A DNA stretch of 64,000 bases from Octopus vulgaris (GCA_951406725.2 OX597814.1:192882001-192946000), one strand, 5' to 3'; positions 26,693 through 39,454 are shown, numbered from the stretch's first letter. Notes: a model not told the origin generated them from the letters alone. Made by a program: numbers and translations.

Positions 26693-27284
26693 GTTTGAGT
26701 GTATTCGTGTGCGTCTCGACACACGCATATATGTGTTGAGTGCTTGCATCTATACGCAACATGTTTAATTTACGAGAAATAATAAAAGAAGAGAAATACT
26801 ATATTATCGGTTAATAACACAATAACAGTAGATTAAGGCTGGAAAGTTAAGAGAGATGATAGCAATACTTATAGCCATCAATCTATGTTTACACAGAAGT
26901 GTATTTAAAACACACGTGCCTGGAATATATAGTCCCAGATTAAAATTATTGATTTATCTGCTAGTTTATTAAAGGTAAACGAAGAACTTTTGGGAAGTTT
27001 TTAGTTAAATTCTAAGCTGTTAATGTTGTCGTTTTATAGTTGTTGTTAGTGTTGTTGTTGTTGGTGGTGGTGGTCGTAGTGGTGGTGGCATTGGCGTTGT
27101 TTCATTCGTGACCATCCTGTCTGTTATGGTAGGCGAGTTGTGTAGCTAGTGCAACATCTATTTCTTTACTACCCACTAGGGGCTAAACACAGGGGACAAA
27201 CAAGGACAGACAAACGGATTAGATCGATCCCAGTGCGTAACTGGTACTTTTTTTTATCGACACGGAAAGGATGAAAGTCAAAGT

Positions 27285-27515
27285 TGGTGGACAACGAAAA
27301 ACCTGGCTGATGACGGTCAAGGCTGATCTAGAACCCAACCTAGGCCCCCATATGTACGGCGTTCGCCGCTGGAATAAGGAGTGGTTGGAGATCACGCGGT
27401 CGTTAGCCTCAAATCTCCAGGCCTGGTTGGCGTTTGTGAGAGATGCTGCATTGAGGATGAATGAAGCCAGCTCAACCCACCCCGGGTGAATGCTGTAAGG
27501 AGAAGAAGAAGAAAG
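27285..27515 (+). mobile_element. RTE-clade LINE 3' end
   Basis: GGQRKTWLMTVKADLE..RRWNKEWL..LASNLQAWLAFVRD..SSTHPG*, then an (AAG)n tail. Confidence 0.75.
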
Positions 27516-27697
27516 ATAGTTGGGTGCATTTTGAGGAAGATTACGTTGCTATTTGTAGTAGCGTAAATGACCACGTACAAGCCATTTCATTTTCTCGATT
27601 TCCTTCAGTCTATATACTCTTCTTTCATTCCATGAAATCTCACTGGTTTCATATAAACACCAGGAATGAGGGTAGGAACATACTTGATAAGTAAAAC

Positions 27698-28100
27698 AGG
27701 TGCGGAGTGGCTGTGTGGCAAGTAGCTTGTTTACCAACCACACGGTTCCGGGTTCAGTCCCACTGCGTGGCACCTTAGGCAAATGTCTTCTACTATAGCC
27801 GACCAAAGCCTTGTCAGTGGATTTGGTAGACGGAAACTGAAAGAAATCCGTCGTATATATATGTATATATATATATGCGTGTGTGTGTTTGTGTGTCTGT
27901 GTTTGTCCCCCTAGCATTGCTTGACAACCGATGCTGGTGTGTTTATGTCCCCGTTACTTAGCGGTTCGGCAAAAGAGACCCATAGAATAAGTACTGGGCT
28001 TACAAAAGAATAAGTCCCGGGGTCGAGTTGCTCGATTAAAGGCGGTGCTCCAGCATGGCCGCAGTCATATGACTGAAACAAGTAAAAGAGTAAAGAGTAA
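27698..28100 (+). mobile_element. SINE family A
   Basis: Alignment to other A copies. Confidence 0.9.
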
Positions 28101-29290
28101 ATGAAAAGAAAGGAGATAAGAGACAGACAGTTGGATACTCTTTTACTATTTTACTCGTTTCAGTCATTTGACTGCTGCCATTCTGGAGCACCACCTTTAG
28201 TCGAGCAAATAAGTCCTGGGGTCGATTTATTCGACTAAAGGCGGTGCTCCAGATGGCCGCAGTCAAATGACTGAAACAAGTAAAAGAAAAAAAAAAATAA
28301 AAGAAAATAAATATTGCATAGTTTCATAATTCAGCAGCCACGATTTCTGTCAGTTCATCGTCTTTTGATAATATTTTGATAATATTTTGAATGATGACAA
28401 TTTCCTACATTTATACAAGGTTATGAGATTGTAGGAAAGGAGTGTAGTCTAATAGACTGAAGTTTTGGACATATTTGGTCTTTACTTCATCAATTGAAGA
28501 TGGTGAAAAAGTAAATTCGACCGATATTCTTGGAACATAGAACCAATGTGAGAGTCAAATGGATGCCTGTGACGGAGCCTGTACTTGAGTCAACGAAGGA
28601 GTATGTACTTAATCCAACGAGTGAGCCTGCACGTGGACACATGTGAAAAGGTGTAAGTAAGCGATCGTGGGAGTTTGTAGTGATCCAACGATGTAACTCC
28701 TACATGAAACAATGCGGGAGCCTGTACATAGACCAACGATGGAATATGTATGTAGGCCTCTGAGCTGGCTTGTAAGGAAACCAACGAACGATTATTTACA
28801 CTAGCAAACAACGGAACGAACCTCAAAGGGTTAATGTGAGTCTTAAACAAGGACCAGGGGTCTTTGCTAGTCAATTCATCTGATGAAAATAGCAAATTAG
28901 ACCACGTCGTTAAAAATAAAGGACCTGTATTAGTACAGGAATTTCTTTAACCATAAGCCTACTTTGTGGAGGCGCGTGTCTTAGAGGTTAAGGTGTCAGC
29001 ATCATGATCGTAAGATTGTGGTTTCGATTCCTGGACCGGACGACGCGTTGTGTTCTTGAGCAAAACACTTCATTTCACGTTGCTCCACTCCACTCAGCTG
29101 GCAAAAATTAGTATTGCTGCGATGGACTGGCATCCCGTCCAGCTGGGGAACACATATGCCATTGAAATCGGGAAACCGGGCCCATGAGCCTGGGTAGGCT
29201 TTAAAAGGGTGCATTTATATCTATTTATTAGTACAAATACTGCAATTACGAAGGAATGGCTGCAGCAAGCAGGAATATCTTTAACCATAA

Positions 29291-29681
29291 GGGGGGGGGA
29301 GAAGCACTCCGTCGGTTACGACGATGAGGGTTCCGGTTGATCCGAATCAACGGAACAGCCTGCTCGTGAAATTAACGTGTAAGTGGATAAGCACTCCACA
29401 GACACGTGCACTCTTAACGTAGTTCTCGGGGATATTCAGCGTGACACAGAGAGTGACAAGGCCGGCCCTTTGAAGTACAGGTACAACAGAAACAGGAAGT
29501 AAGAGTGAGAGAAAGTTGTGGTGAAAGAGTACAGCAGGGATCACCACCATCCCCTGCCGGAGCCTCGTGGAGCTTTTAGGTGTTTTCGCTCAATAAACAC
29601 TCACAACGCCCGGTCTGGGAATCGAAACCGCGATCCTATGACCGCGAGTCCGCTGCCCTAACCACTGGGCCATTGCGCCTC
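29291..29681 (-). mobile_element. SINE family C, full length with 12-bp TSD
   Basis: CTTTAACCATAA at 29279-29290 and 29682-29693; near-identical to 35262-35640. Confidence 0.92.
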
Positions 29682-30696
29682 CTTTAACCATAAACCTGCT
29701 TTGACAAGGTGAAAGTGCGTAGCCTAGAGTTTAGCGTGTTACAGTCACGATCGCGGTTTCAATTCCAGGACCAGCTGATGCATTGTGTTCTTGAACAAAA
29801 CGCTCCGTTTTACACTGCTCCGGCCCACTCAGCATTAAATGAGTGACCCTACGACTGGCATCCCATTCAGAGAGGATGTGTTCTATGACTCGAGTGAGTA
29901 AGTGTTCTGCTCGGTCAGAGTCAGCATTAGACGTCAATAAACTGGACAACAGAAAGACGTATCTAGTCTTATACTCGCGTGACTGCTGGAGTTGCTGGAA
30001 GTCTAGAGAAGGAACTAAATAAAACCTGTCTTTTAATTTGGTGTTCTTCATTTTCAAATATTTTCTAATTTTTTACATAAGACACAAGCATTTGAAGGAG
30101 AGATTTATTCATAACAGCAATAATTCTTTTTAATTCTGGCAAACGGCCAGCAATTCTTTTTTTTTTTTACTATTCTTTTTATTTTTTGGCAGAGGGTTAA
30201 GTCGATTACATCGACCCCAGCGCTCAACTAGTACTTTATTTTATCGACTCCAAAAATATAAAAAGGTAAATTTTGGCTTCAGCGGGACTTGAGCTCAGCA
30301 CACAGAGCCAGGAGAAATTCCGTTAAAAAGTTTGTCCATCGTGTTGGCGATTTACTAACTTGACACCTTAAAACAATGGTTTCAAACTTTGGCTCAATGC
30401 CAGGAGTTTTTAGGAGAAGGGAATGAGTCGATTATATCGACTACAGTGCTCAAATGGTAACTTATTTTATATTTTATCGACCTCGCAAAGATGGAAAGTC
30501 AAGTGGACCTCGGCGGAATTTGAACTTAGAACGTGAAGAGCCAGAAGTAATTCCGCGCTAATGTTTCTGCTAGCGTAATAATTATTTCCAACAAGGGCAG
30601 AACGGCTGAAATTTGTGTGAGAAGGGTTAGACGAATGAATTGACCCTAGGAGTTGATTGGTATTTTATCTTAATGATCCCAAAAACATGTGTAATA

Positions 30697-31732
30697 TCAG
30701 GTCATCCCATAAGTTCTGTTCGAATTTTGAATAAAGAAAATAAGTAATCAAATGTTATATTTGATTGAAATTTAATCATCACTGTACTTTCCCCGATTAT
30801 CTATGACTTCCTTCCATCTATTTACAAGCTTTTTAATCTCATTCCATTCACTAAAGGGGTCTTTTGTTTTTCTTCAAAGCTTGGTTCAAACGCTCTAATT
30901 GCTGACAGTAGACAGTAGATTGATTGTTACATTAGGTGGTAACAATTCAAAGTGAATTACTCCTTTGCAATCCCACCGGATAGAAAGACGAACCTTTTCC
31001 CCATGAAGTTCCCTTCTCGGTTGTGGTTGTGCTTTTTCCTCTTTACCAAGCCACTGTTTACGACATTTAACATTTCGATAGAAGATCCATTTTTCGTCAG
31101 CAGTCACAAGTCTATCCAAAAAGGGTGAAATGAGTTCTCGAGAATGGAAAGAAGACCAGATGTCAACTCGGGATTTGCGGTTGTTTTCGGACAATCCCTG
31201 AGGCACTCATTTTCCAAGTTTAGAAACCTTTCCAAGTTGTTAAAGATGACGATGAACAGTTGTATGGTCTGAACTAAGCTTTATTACCAATTCTTTAACT
31301 GATAATGCAGGAATTTCTTCAAGTAATGCCTCAAAGAGCTTGTCATCAAACTCAACTGGACGTCCTGTTCCATCTTCAAGGCTGAAATATCCACTTCTGA
31401 ATTTTGCAAACCATCTTCTGCAAGTTCTTTCACTCAAGCATTCTTTCCCATAATCTGAGTGTATGTTTCGAGTCGCTTCGGCTGCAGGGTTTCCTTTTTT
31501 TTGTACTCATAAAGCATTATGTGCCTTAAATGCTCTTTGGATACTTCCATGTTAGAAAGGATTTTAACCAAAGAAATTTTAATTCTATTATTCTGTAAAA
31601 TAGTATTTAATTAGTTTAAATTTACACAGATGCATAAAAATAGTTTTAAATTCCATTAGACATTCTAAAATACTATTAAATTTCAGTCAATGTTAAAAAA
31701 GGTATAATCGAACAGGACATGGGATGACCTGA
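30697..31732 (-). mobile_element. Mariner DNA transposon, internally deleted, decayed transposase
   Basis: TIRs TCAGGTCATCCCAT.. / ..ATGGGATGACCTGA with TA on both sides. MEVSKEHLRHIMLYEY..CRRWFAKFRSG..GRP..*VPQGL (WVPHEL-like)..LVTADEKW..WDCKGVIHFELL. Confidence 0.93.
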
Positions 31733-31949
31733 TACTATAGGCTACTGTTGTAAATTCTCATTTTACGTGATTCGAACACGATATTTTCTGACAGTGAATT
31801 CTCTTAAGTGTTGTACTATTAGAAAAAAACTCAAACGGGCTATTGTATTTTACCGGTTACGTGACTAAAAACAGCTAAACACATTTCGTGCAAATTGCTT
31901 TTCGCACACGAATACAGACGGCTGCATGAAGGTCATCTGATATGAATAC

Positions 31950-32900
31950 AAATTAGTAACGGTGAATATTCTAAGTAGAGAGGAATACGATGCAAAGGTG
32001 TCCCCTCCTCAAGAGATAATAAATAGTACAAGAAGAATAATATATAGAACATATTCAACAGAAGCAGGGAAAATAGAAATTATGGCAACGACGCAAATTG
32101 AAAGAGCATTAAGACCGATCTGGCAAGAAATTACGTATCTTGCTAGAGAAACAGAATATGGAACAATGGAGGAGGCTACATTCGGCAACCCCGTTGAAAA
32201 ATGAAGAAATTGAACTTCTACTCACATACTTAGGGCGGGGGGTAGCATGCTTTCAGGATTAAGGTAGAAGGCATACCACCGGCAGTTGATGTGGCCTGGA
32301 TAGCAGCTGCCGTACTACTCGGAAATAGGGAAAAAATAGCGGTTCTCCAGGCCACAAAAACAGAATACAAAAACTGGAAAGGACACACCCTGGATATGAT
32401 TATCTAGTGGTCGCCAGAAAACATTAAAAAATTGACCGAAACTGTCACGATAGAAGATGTAATAATAAGGGTCAAGGTGGAAGACAGGACCCCGCGATGT
32501 TACAAGTGTGGCCTAGAAGACCACATTAGAGCGGACTGCCTTTCGCCGCCCAAAAAGCCCCAGGAAAGACCAGTGAGAAAGGAGGAGGTCGTGCCATCAG
32601 CAACAACAGAAGAAAAGGATGATAATGAAAAGAACAACGAATGGGAAATGGGTGGGAAAAGAAAGAAAAGGAAAAGAAAAAAGGCATGTCACGTGGATAT
32701 AGACCCCCATCCAATACCCACCCACACCCTCTTTGCCCTATCCTCCCCTACAGACACCAAACTTCCCCACTCCCCTCCGACACAAAGAAGAGCAAACACA
32801 CAAAAGAACCCCCAAAATTAGCAAAAGTAATGGAATACAAGCATGGATATAAGTACTGGAAGATAAAGATGGACATCAGTCAGCTACCATACTACGTAGA
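31950..32900 (+). mobile_element. Decayed ORF1/gag-like element, copy 1 (zinc knuckle)
   Basis: RTYSTEAGKIEIMATTQIE..VDVAWIAAA..PRCYKCGLEDHIRADC; homologous to copy 2. Confidence 0.75.
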
Positions 32901-32972
32901 CTTGTTTTACTGCCCTACGGCAATCTGTTGACGCTTTCCCCCCTTCGAAGGAGGGGGTTAACCCAAGTATCA

Positions 32973-34786
32973 ATGATGGATTACGAAAACCTTACCTCCC
33001 CGGAGCTTACGTCTTCTGAGGAGGAGCTGTTCAAGTCTGTCGAAATAATGAACGAGCAGTGGAAGAAAAGGAATTTGGTACTAGTAGCGTAGACTGGACC
33101 CGGTTTGCGCACACGCGCAGACGCGCGTCCGTGCTAGCCAGACGTAGGCAGTCGATCCTACGAGCTAACCGGCGCATGCACGATATATACGATATATACT
33201 TGTATATATCGTATATATACAAGTATATATCGTATACAAGTATATATCGTATATATCGTACATGCGCCAGTCAGCTCGTTGGATCGACTGCCTACGTCTG
33301 GCTAGCGCGGACGCGCGTCTGCGCAAACCGGGTCCAGTCTACGCTACTAGTACCAAGGAATTTTGCGGCTGTCGCCAAGAGTCACAACAGTGAGGTCGAA
33401 CTGGCGGAGCTGAGTAAATATAAGAATATGCTGTGTAGGGGGGCAGGGATGCGAAGTAAAGGTGTTCTCTCCCCCGAGAAATTATGAAGGATACCAAGGA
33501 GAAAACGATAATATTTAGAACATGCTCCACGGAAACAAAGAAAATTGAAATAATGACAACCACACAAGTAGAAAAAAGCCTTGAAACCAATCTGGCAAGG
33601 AATTTAGCACCTTGCCAGAGGAAAGAAGTACGGAGCAGTGGAGGTGCGTTTCCGAGAGGTAGCTACTGCCAGGTTACACTCGGCAACCCCTTTAATAACA
33701 AAAGTGATATTTCTGCACATATACCTTGAGAGACGTGCTTCCAGGGTTAGGGTAGAAGATGTATCACCATATATCGACGTAGCCTGGCTAGTAGCTGCCA
33801 TCCTGCTAGGCAATGAAGATAAGATAGTGGTCCTCCAGGCCGCAAGAACAGCTCATAAGAATTGACGAAGACAGTCCCTGGATATGATTATCCAAGTGTC
33901 CCCGGAATGCAACGAAATTATCGCTATAGAAGATTTGATAATTAGGGTTAGAGTGGAGGGCAGGACTCGCGTTGCTACAAGTGTGGCCTAAAATGCCACA
34001 TTAGAGCGGATTGTCCTCTGTCGCCCCAAAAGCACCCCCTCCAAATCTCGTGAGCAGGGAGGAAGTCGCACCACCAGCGCCAACAAAAGAAATCTCAAGC
34101 ACTATGGAAGAAGCAAACAAAGAAGGGATTGAGTGGGAAACGGTCGGAAAGAGAAAAAGAAAAAGGAATGTAGACCCTCTCCCTTCCTACGGCCACCCCA
34201 CACCCACAAACACCCAGTTTATCCCATCCCCTCTACAGATGCTAAACCTCCCCACTCCCCTCCGACACAAAGAAAAACGTAGACACACAGGAGCCCCAAA
34301 ACTTCCCCACCCCGGCCTGTGATAAAAGAAAATACGTAGTAATATACGACGATTCCAATGTGGAACTCTACAAAGAGACAGACACTTGGGAAGACGTAAT
34401 AACAGTGAATACGGCAACTTATTGTGGGATATCATGGCGCTATAATTGTGTGCTGGCAACCCAGGATCAAATGTCTAAAATAGTCAATTACAATGAAGAC
34501 TTTGAATACTGGGAGAAAACAATGGACACCAGTCAGGTACCAAAGTATATAAACTATCTTGATCTCCGAGAGAATTACAAAATTGACATTCTACAGCCAG
34601 ACAGTGCTGGATCGAATTAAGGTGGTGTAAACAGAATAAATGAAGTCGCTGGGAGGTGGGGCCGAACGGCTTCATTACATCTTTTCATTTTCAATTTCAT
34701 CTCATTTTTCTTTTATTCGTTTTTTTGTTCCCTCATATTTTGTGTTGTCCCCTTTATATTTACCCCGTGTGGGAAATAAAGAATTA
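32973..34786 (+). mobile_element. Decayed ORF1-only non-LTR element, copy 2 (HAL1-like), with 3' tail
   Basis: MMDYENLTS..KKRNFAAVAKS..RTCSTETKKIEIM..RCYKCGLKCHIRADC.. stop at 34620. 3' UTR ends GTCCCCTTTAT..GTGGGAAATAAAGAATT. No RT follows. Confidence 0.72.
33077..33354. mobile_element. Foldback MITE with 9-bp TSD (Mutator-like)
   Basis: Almost wholly palindromic, GGTACTAGTAGCG..CGCTACTAGTACC; AAGGAATTT at 33068-33076 and 33355-33363. Confidence 0.9.
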
Positions 34787-35261
34787 GAGTATGCTTCGAG
34801 TCACCTTATACCTTTACTCTCTCTCAAGTACACCTTAGATTCTAGCATCTTACTGACTCTCATTATCGTTATGAACTATACAAGTAGAGCATTTGTAGTG
34901 TATTTTCTTATTCAAAATTTCTGTCATGTTCTAAATAACGAAGATGAGCTGTTTAAGCATTGCTTTGAACTATTAATACCTTCTACATCTATTGAACTTC
35001 GAATGCTTTTTTAAATACTTGTTGAAAATATATGTACAAAACGAAATTCCGTTATAAAAAAAATGGAACTACAATCCTCTACATCACCTAATACGGCGAC
35101 CTGGCTGTTGTTTCTAGCACCGAGTTTTCTCTCTAACCTTCATAAAAGATTAACCTCACAGTTTCACTAAAGTTGATGACTCCCTATTTTAAGAACACAA
35201 TACACCTTATTGAGACAACCTCAGTGGAGAGGATATAACGTTGTAATATACTCTTGGGATG

Positions 35262-35640
35262 GAAGCACTCCGTCGGTTACGACGACGAGGGTTCCGGTTG
35301 ATCCGATCAACGGAACAGCCTGCTCGTGAAATTAACGTGTAAGTGGCTGAGCACTCCACAGACACGTGTACTCTTAACGTAGTTCTCGGGGATATTCAGC
35401 GTGACACAGAGAGTGACAAGGCCGGCCCTTTGAAATACAGGTACAACAGAAACAGGAAGTAAGAGTGAGAGACAGTTGGAGCGAAACAGTACAACAGGGG
35501 TCGCCACCATCCCCTGCCGGAGCCTCGTGGAGCTTTAGGCGTTTTCGCTCAATAAACACCTACAACGCCCGGTCTGGGAATCGAAACCGCGATCCTACGA
35601 CCGCGAGTCCGCTGCCCTAACCACTGGGCCATTGCGCTTC
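35262..35640 (-). mobile_element. SINE family C
   Basis: Near-identical to the 29300 copy. Confidence 0.92.
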
Positions 35641-37039
35641 CTCAATGTCAAAGAAACGCCCAGAAGAACTTTTAAGACATCAATAACAATATCGTTAAAT
35701 TGGCCGTCCATTCATTTTGAAGGAAACAATTTTCTCAGCATATCACAATTGAAGGCACGTTTGCTTTCTGGATTCAAGAAGCGCAAGATTTATAGATTTC
35801 TTTTTTTTATAAAACCCATAGATCTTTCATAGTGTTGTAGGGCGAAGTTCTCAAAGGCATTTAATCTCCATATTGTCTTCACTTCCTCAAAGAAAGAAGA
35901 TACCAAATGATTCACGCTGAAGAATGCCTAATTTATCCCATAGCCGAAAAATTGCTTGGGTCAATAAATTACCAACAAGAACATGTCTGTTTCTCTCTTT
36001 AAATTTGATCGAAAAAAAAAGCACACGTCAGCCTCTCACCGAGAGAACAAATTTTCTGATTGAACTTTGCCGTGTTTTCCCGATCAGTGTTCAGATCTTT
36101 GCCGCTTCGCAAGTAACCATAGCAGATTACAGAACGTTCTGAGTCAATTACAACCAAGTACGTATCTGCCTTAACTTTGTTTGATGATGGGACCATGAAA
36201 AGTTTAGAATTTTCTTCGTTTCTACCCTTTAACGGACAGAAAAAAGGTGAACAACACATTCCGCCCGCCCCATCTAATGCCAACGCGAGTTTCCAGGTTT
36301 GTCAACTGACAGTTTTTCATTCAGTACTGAATAACTCTTAACTTCAACTCTAATGATCAATTCTCTATCGCTTATAGCACAATTTATCATCAATACAAGT
36401 GCAAGTGTGGCAGTGTGGTAAAAAGCATGCTTCCCAACCACATGGTTCCAGGTTCAGTTCCACCGCATGGCATTTGGACAAAGCCAAAGCCTTAAGTGGA
36501 TTTGGTAGGCACAAACTGAAAGAAACTTGTTCTGTGTGTGAGTCTTTGTCCCCCCCCCCCCAACACCGCTTGTTAGCAGGTGCTAGTTTATTTACGTCAT
36601 AACTTAGCAGTTCGGCAAAAAGACCGATAGAAAAAGTACCAGATTTTAAAAGTACTGGGGTCGATTTGTTCGACTAACCCCTTGAAGGCGATGCCCCAGT
36701 AGCGGTGACTAATACAAGCAATAAAAAAGAATGTAGATATAACAAATATAACAAGAGCAACAACTAAAACGACCAACTTTCATCCGTTACCAATCGTGGA
36801 TCATTTGAGAAACTGACTTGGCGCCCTTTAAACACAAAACGGTTCTGTCGGCCTTAGTTCAGCATTTGGAAAGATCGACCACACTTGCAATGCATATTTC
36901 GACAGCTGAGATGCGAACCTTATTAAATTTTTTCTCATCTTATCTGTATTCATTCAAATTTTTTTTTCCTGCCTTTAACCCTCCAACGCGGAGTATAGGC
37001 CACTTATAGTTGAATTCTATGTCGCATAATTTTTCCCTT

Positions 37040-37165
37040 CTGTACTTATACTCTGCCATGAATGTCCCCCTTTCTTTTGTGTTGATCTACGCCACGAGTT
37101 CTTAGGCCTACCTTTCTTTCTATATTCATCCGGTTTTCACTGTAAAGCACTTTTCGCTACATTCA
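37040..37165 (-). mobile_element. Old RTE LINE C-terminal fragment
   Basis: Minus strand: VAKSALQ*KPDEYRKKGRPKNSWRRS. Confidence 0.5.
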
Positions 37166-38384
37166 AATAAGGTTTGGTATTTCATCATTTCTGAAATAAT
37201 TTGCACATATATTTTATTTTCTCTATCGTAAATTTTATTGTTTCATACAATAACTTGGACTTAAGCTGTTCAAAGGTGACAAGCGAGCGGATTCGCTCGA
37301 TCATCGGACAAATAGCTTAGCGTATTTATTCTAGCTCTCTACGTTCTGAGTTCAAATTCCACCGGAGACATTTTGCCTTTTATCCGTTTGAGGTCAACGA
37401 AATAATTATTTAAGTGCCAGGATCGATGTAATCGAACAATCCTTTCCCTCTCAAAATTACAGTCCTGGTGCCTAAATTAGAAACCAATATTAAATCGTTC
37501 GAAAAGATTGGAAGAGACTATCACGAGGAAAGTTTGAATACGAGCATCGTGGATTATATTCGGGAAGCGAATATAATCAGATTATATACTCAGGAGAGCG
37601 ATAAACTAGAAAGGCAGGCTTTCGAAATGAAAACCAGCAGTACAAAGCACATTAACGTATGTACGTATCTTGTAATTTCGCTTAGATTTAGCGATACTAA
37701 TAACTAGTTATTAGAACACAATATAAGTATTCACCTTCATTAGCTTACAGTTGTTTGTACTATGAAAAGCAGAGAACTTGTAGGTGAGTGTTTAACATCC
37801 TATAACTTCCTCAGAGCCATTCGGTTCTCAGTGTACTGATTTCTTTTATATAACAGAAGCAGCTGTAAGCTAGTGGTGATCACGTAACTCCTGTTTTTTT
37901 TTTTTTGGTTTTATATATATCCACCACCAACCATTCAGTTTACAGACTCCAACGAAAGAACTTTAACATTCGCAAAAGTTAGAAGAGATTTCAAACTATT
38001 TTCAAACTACAGATAAGTAATATCACATCTAAATTCCTTTTAATATTCAAACTTCCCCCCCACATTCGTCATGAAACCAGCTGGAACTATTTGCCATCTT
38101 CGACAGTAACTTTCCCAACACTTAAACTACAACATCCACTTGATAGACAATTCTTCAGATTTCCTCTGATTGACTTCTAATTAATATCGTAAAACTCGCA
38201 CGTCATCAAAAAAAAAAAAAAGCAAATACACTTTTACAATCTTAGAATAAAGAAAAAAAAACAACAACAAATAGCTTCAAGAACAACTTTCAAGAATTTT
38301 CTGAACACAGCAACACCGGGCAGTGTAGCAAGAAGTTTGCATTTGATCCACATGGTGCCGCGTTCAATCCCATTGAACACCGTT

Positions 38385-38489
38385 CTATATTCCTCAAGAC
38401 ACCTGAAGAAGGCTGGCGGGTAAATCAGCCGAAACGTTGTGTTAACAACAATCAAGATGAGGACAAATATCCGTCGAATGTAAATAATG
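38385..38489 (+). mobile_element. 105-bp hammerhead-bearing insertion with 16-bp TSD inside a SINE A
   Basis: CCCATTGAACACCGTT at 38369-38384 and 38490-38505. Confidence 0.8.
38398..38443 (+). ncRNA. Minimal type-I hammerhead ribozyme
   Basis: GACAC-CTGAAGA-A-GGCTG(loop)CAGCC-GAAA-C-GTT-GTGTT; intact core, GUU site. Confidence 0.75.
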
Positions 38490-38577
38490 CCCATTGAACA
38501 CCGTTATGAACCTTGAGCAAATGTCTTCTATAGTCTCGAGTCGACCAAACCCTTTTAGTGGATTTGGTTGACGGAAA

Positions 38578-38745
38578 CAAGATCCGTCTGGAGAGGAGGA
38601 GCCTGCCGCAAAGAGTATTTGGAAAAAGATGGACGAAAGTAGTAAGAAAGATGAGAATGCAAGGAGCTGTGCTTGCACGGTCGGTCCTGGCATAAAAGGA
38701 TGAAAATAATTACCAAAAGGAAATCAACCGGCGGGTTAGTTCACT
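38578..38745 (+). mobile_element. L1/Tx1-like LINE ORF2 end (second copy)
   Basis: Similar to 46883-47050. Confidence 0.7.
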
Positions 38746-39054
38746 AACCTGAATAATAAGTATCATTTATATTTTTATCGACCCTGAAAGGATGAAAGGC
38801 AAAGTCGACCTCGACAGAATTTGAACTCAGAACGAAACGGCAGACGAAATACCGCTAAGCATTTCGCCCAATGCGCTAACGTGTCTGCCAGCTGACGGGC
38901 TAATCCTTCAAATCCATTGAGAAGGCTTTGGTCGGCCCGAGACTATAGTAGTAGGAACTCGCCCAAGGTGCTATGTAGTGGGACTCGGAACCATGTGATT
39001 GGAGAGTAAACTTCTAACCACACAGCCACTCCTGATTTTATATATATATATATA

Positions 39055-39411
39055 TCAACAATTGAGGGTAAAATTAATTAGTTATTAATCAATTTCACCA
39101 AGTATTCAGTATGTAAAAGGACCATTTAAGGCGAATTCAATTACATTATATAATTAGGGCTTAGTAAAATAAATTACTTTGCCACATACTGAACTTACTA
39201 GAAATAGCAGCAAAAAAAAAGAAGAAAAAAAAGCTTTTAAGCCATTTATACTACTTAAAGAAAATTTCTCTCAGATAATGTTTACTCAAAATAACTCACG
39301 AAGGTAAAAACAGGAGGTAAAAACAGAAAAAAATTTTTTTTTTTTTTTTTTGGCTGCTATTTCTAGTAAGTTCAGTATGTGGCAAAGTAATTTATTTTAC
39401 TAAGCCCTAAT

Positions 39412-39419
<8 letters not shown>
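39055..39419. mobile_element. Lopsided inverted-repeat insert in (TA)n
   Basis: 67-bp arms 39145-39211/39353-39419; unpaired ~90-bp extension starting AACAATTGAGGGTAAAAT, as at 25630. Confidence 0.6.

Positions 39420-39454
<35 letters not shown>

Noticed and set aside
33015-33045. CTGAGGA..GAAA motif
   Set aside because: Lies in the ORF1 coding frame with no stems I or III; chance match
35645-36300. Stop-poor minus-strand frames, also at ~40750-41300, ~42480-42650 and ~56150-56600
   Set aside because: Probably decayed TE ORFs, but no diagnostic motif could be identified
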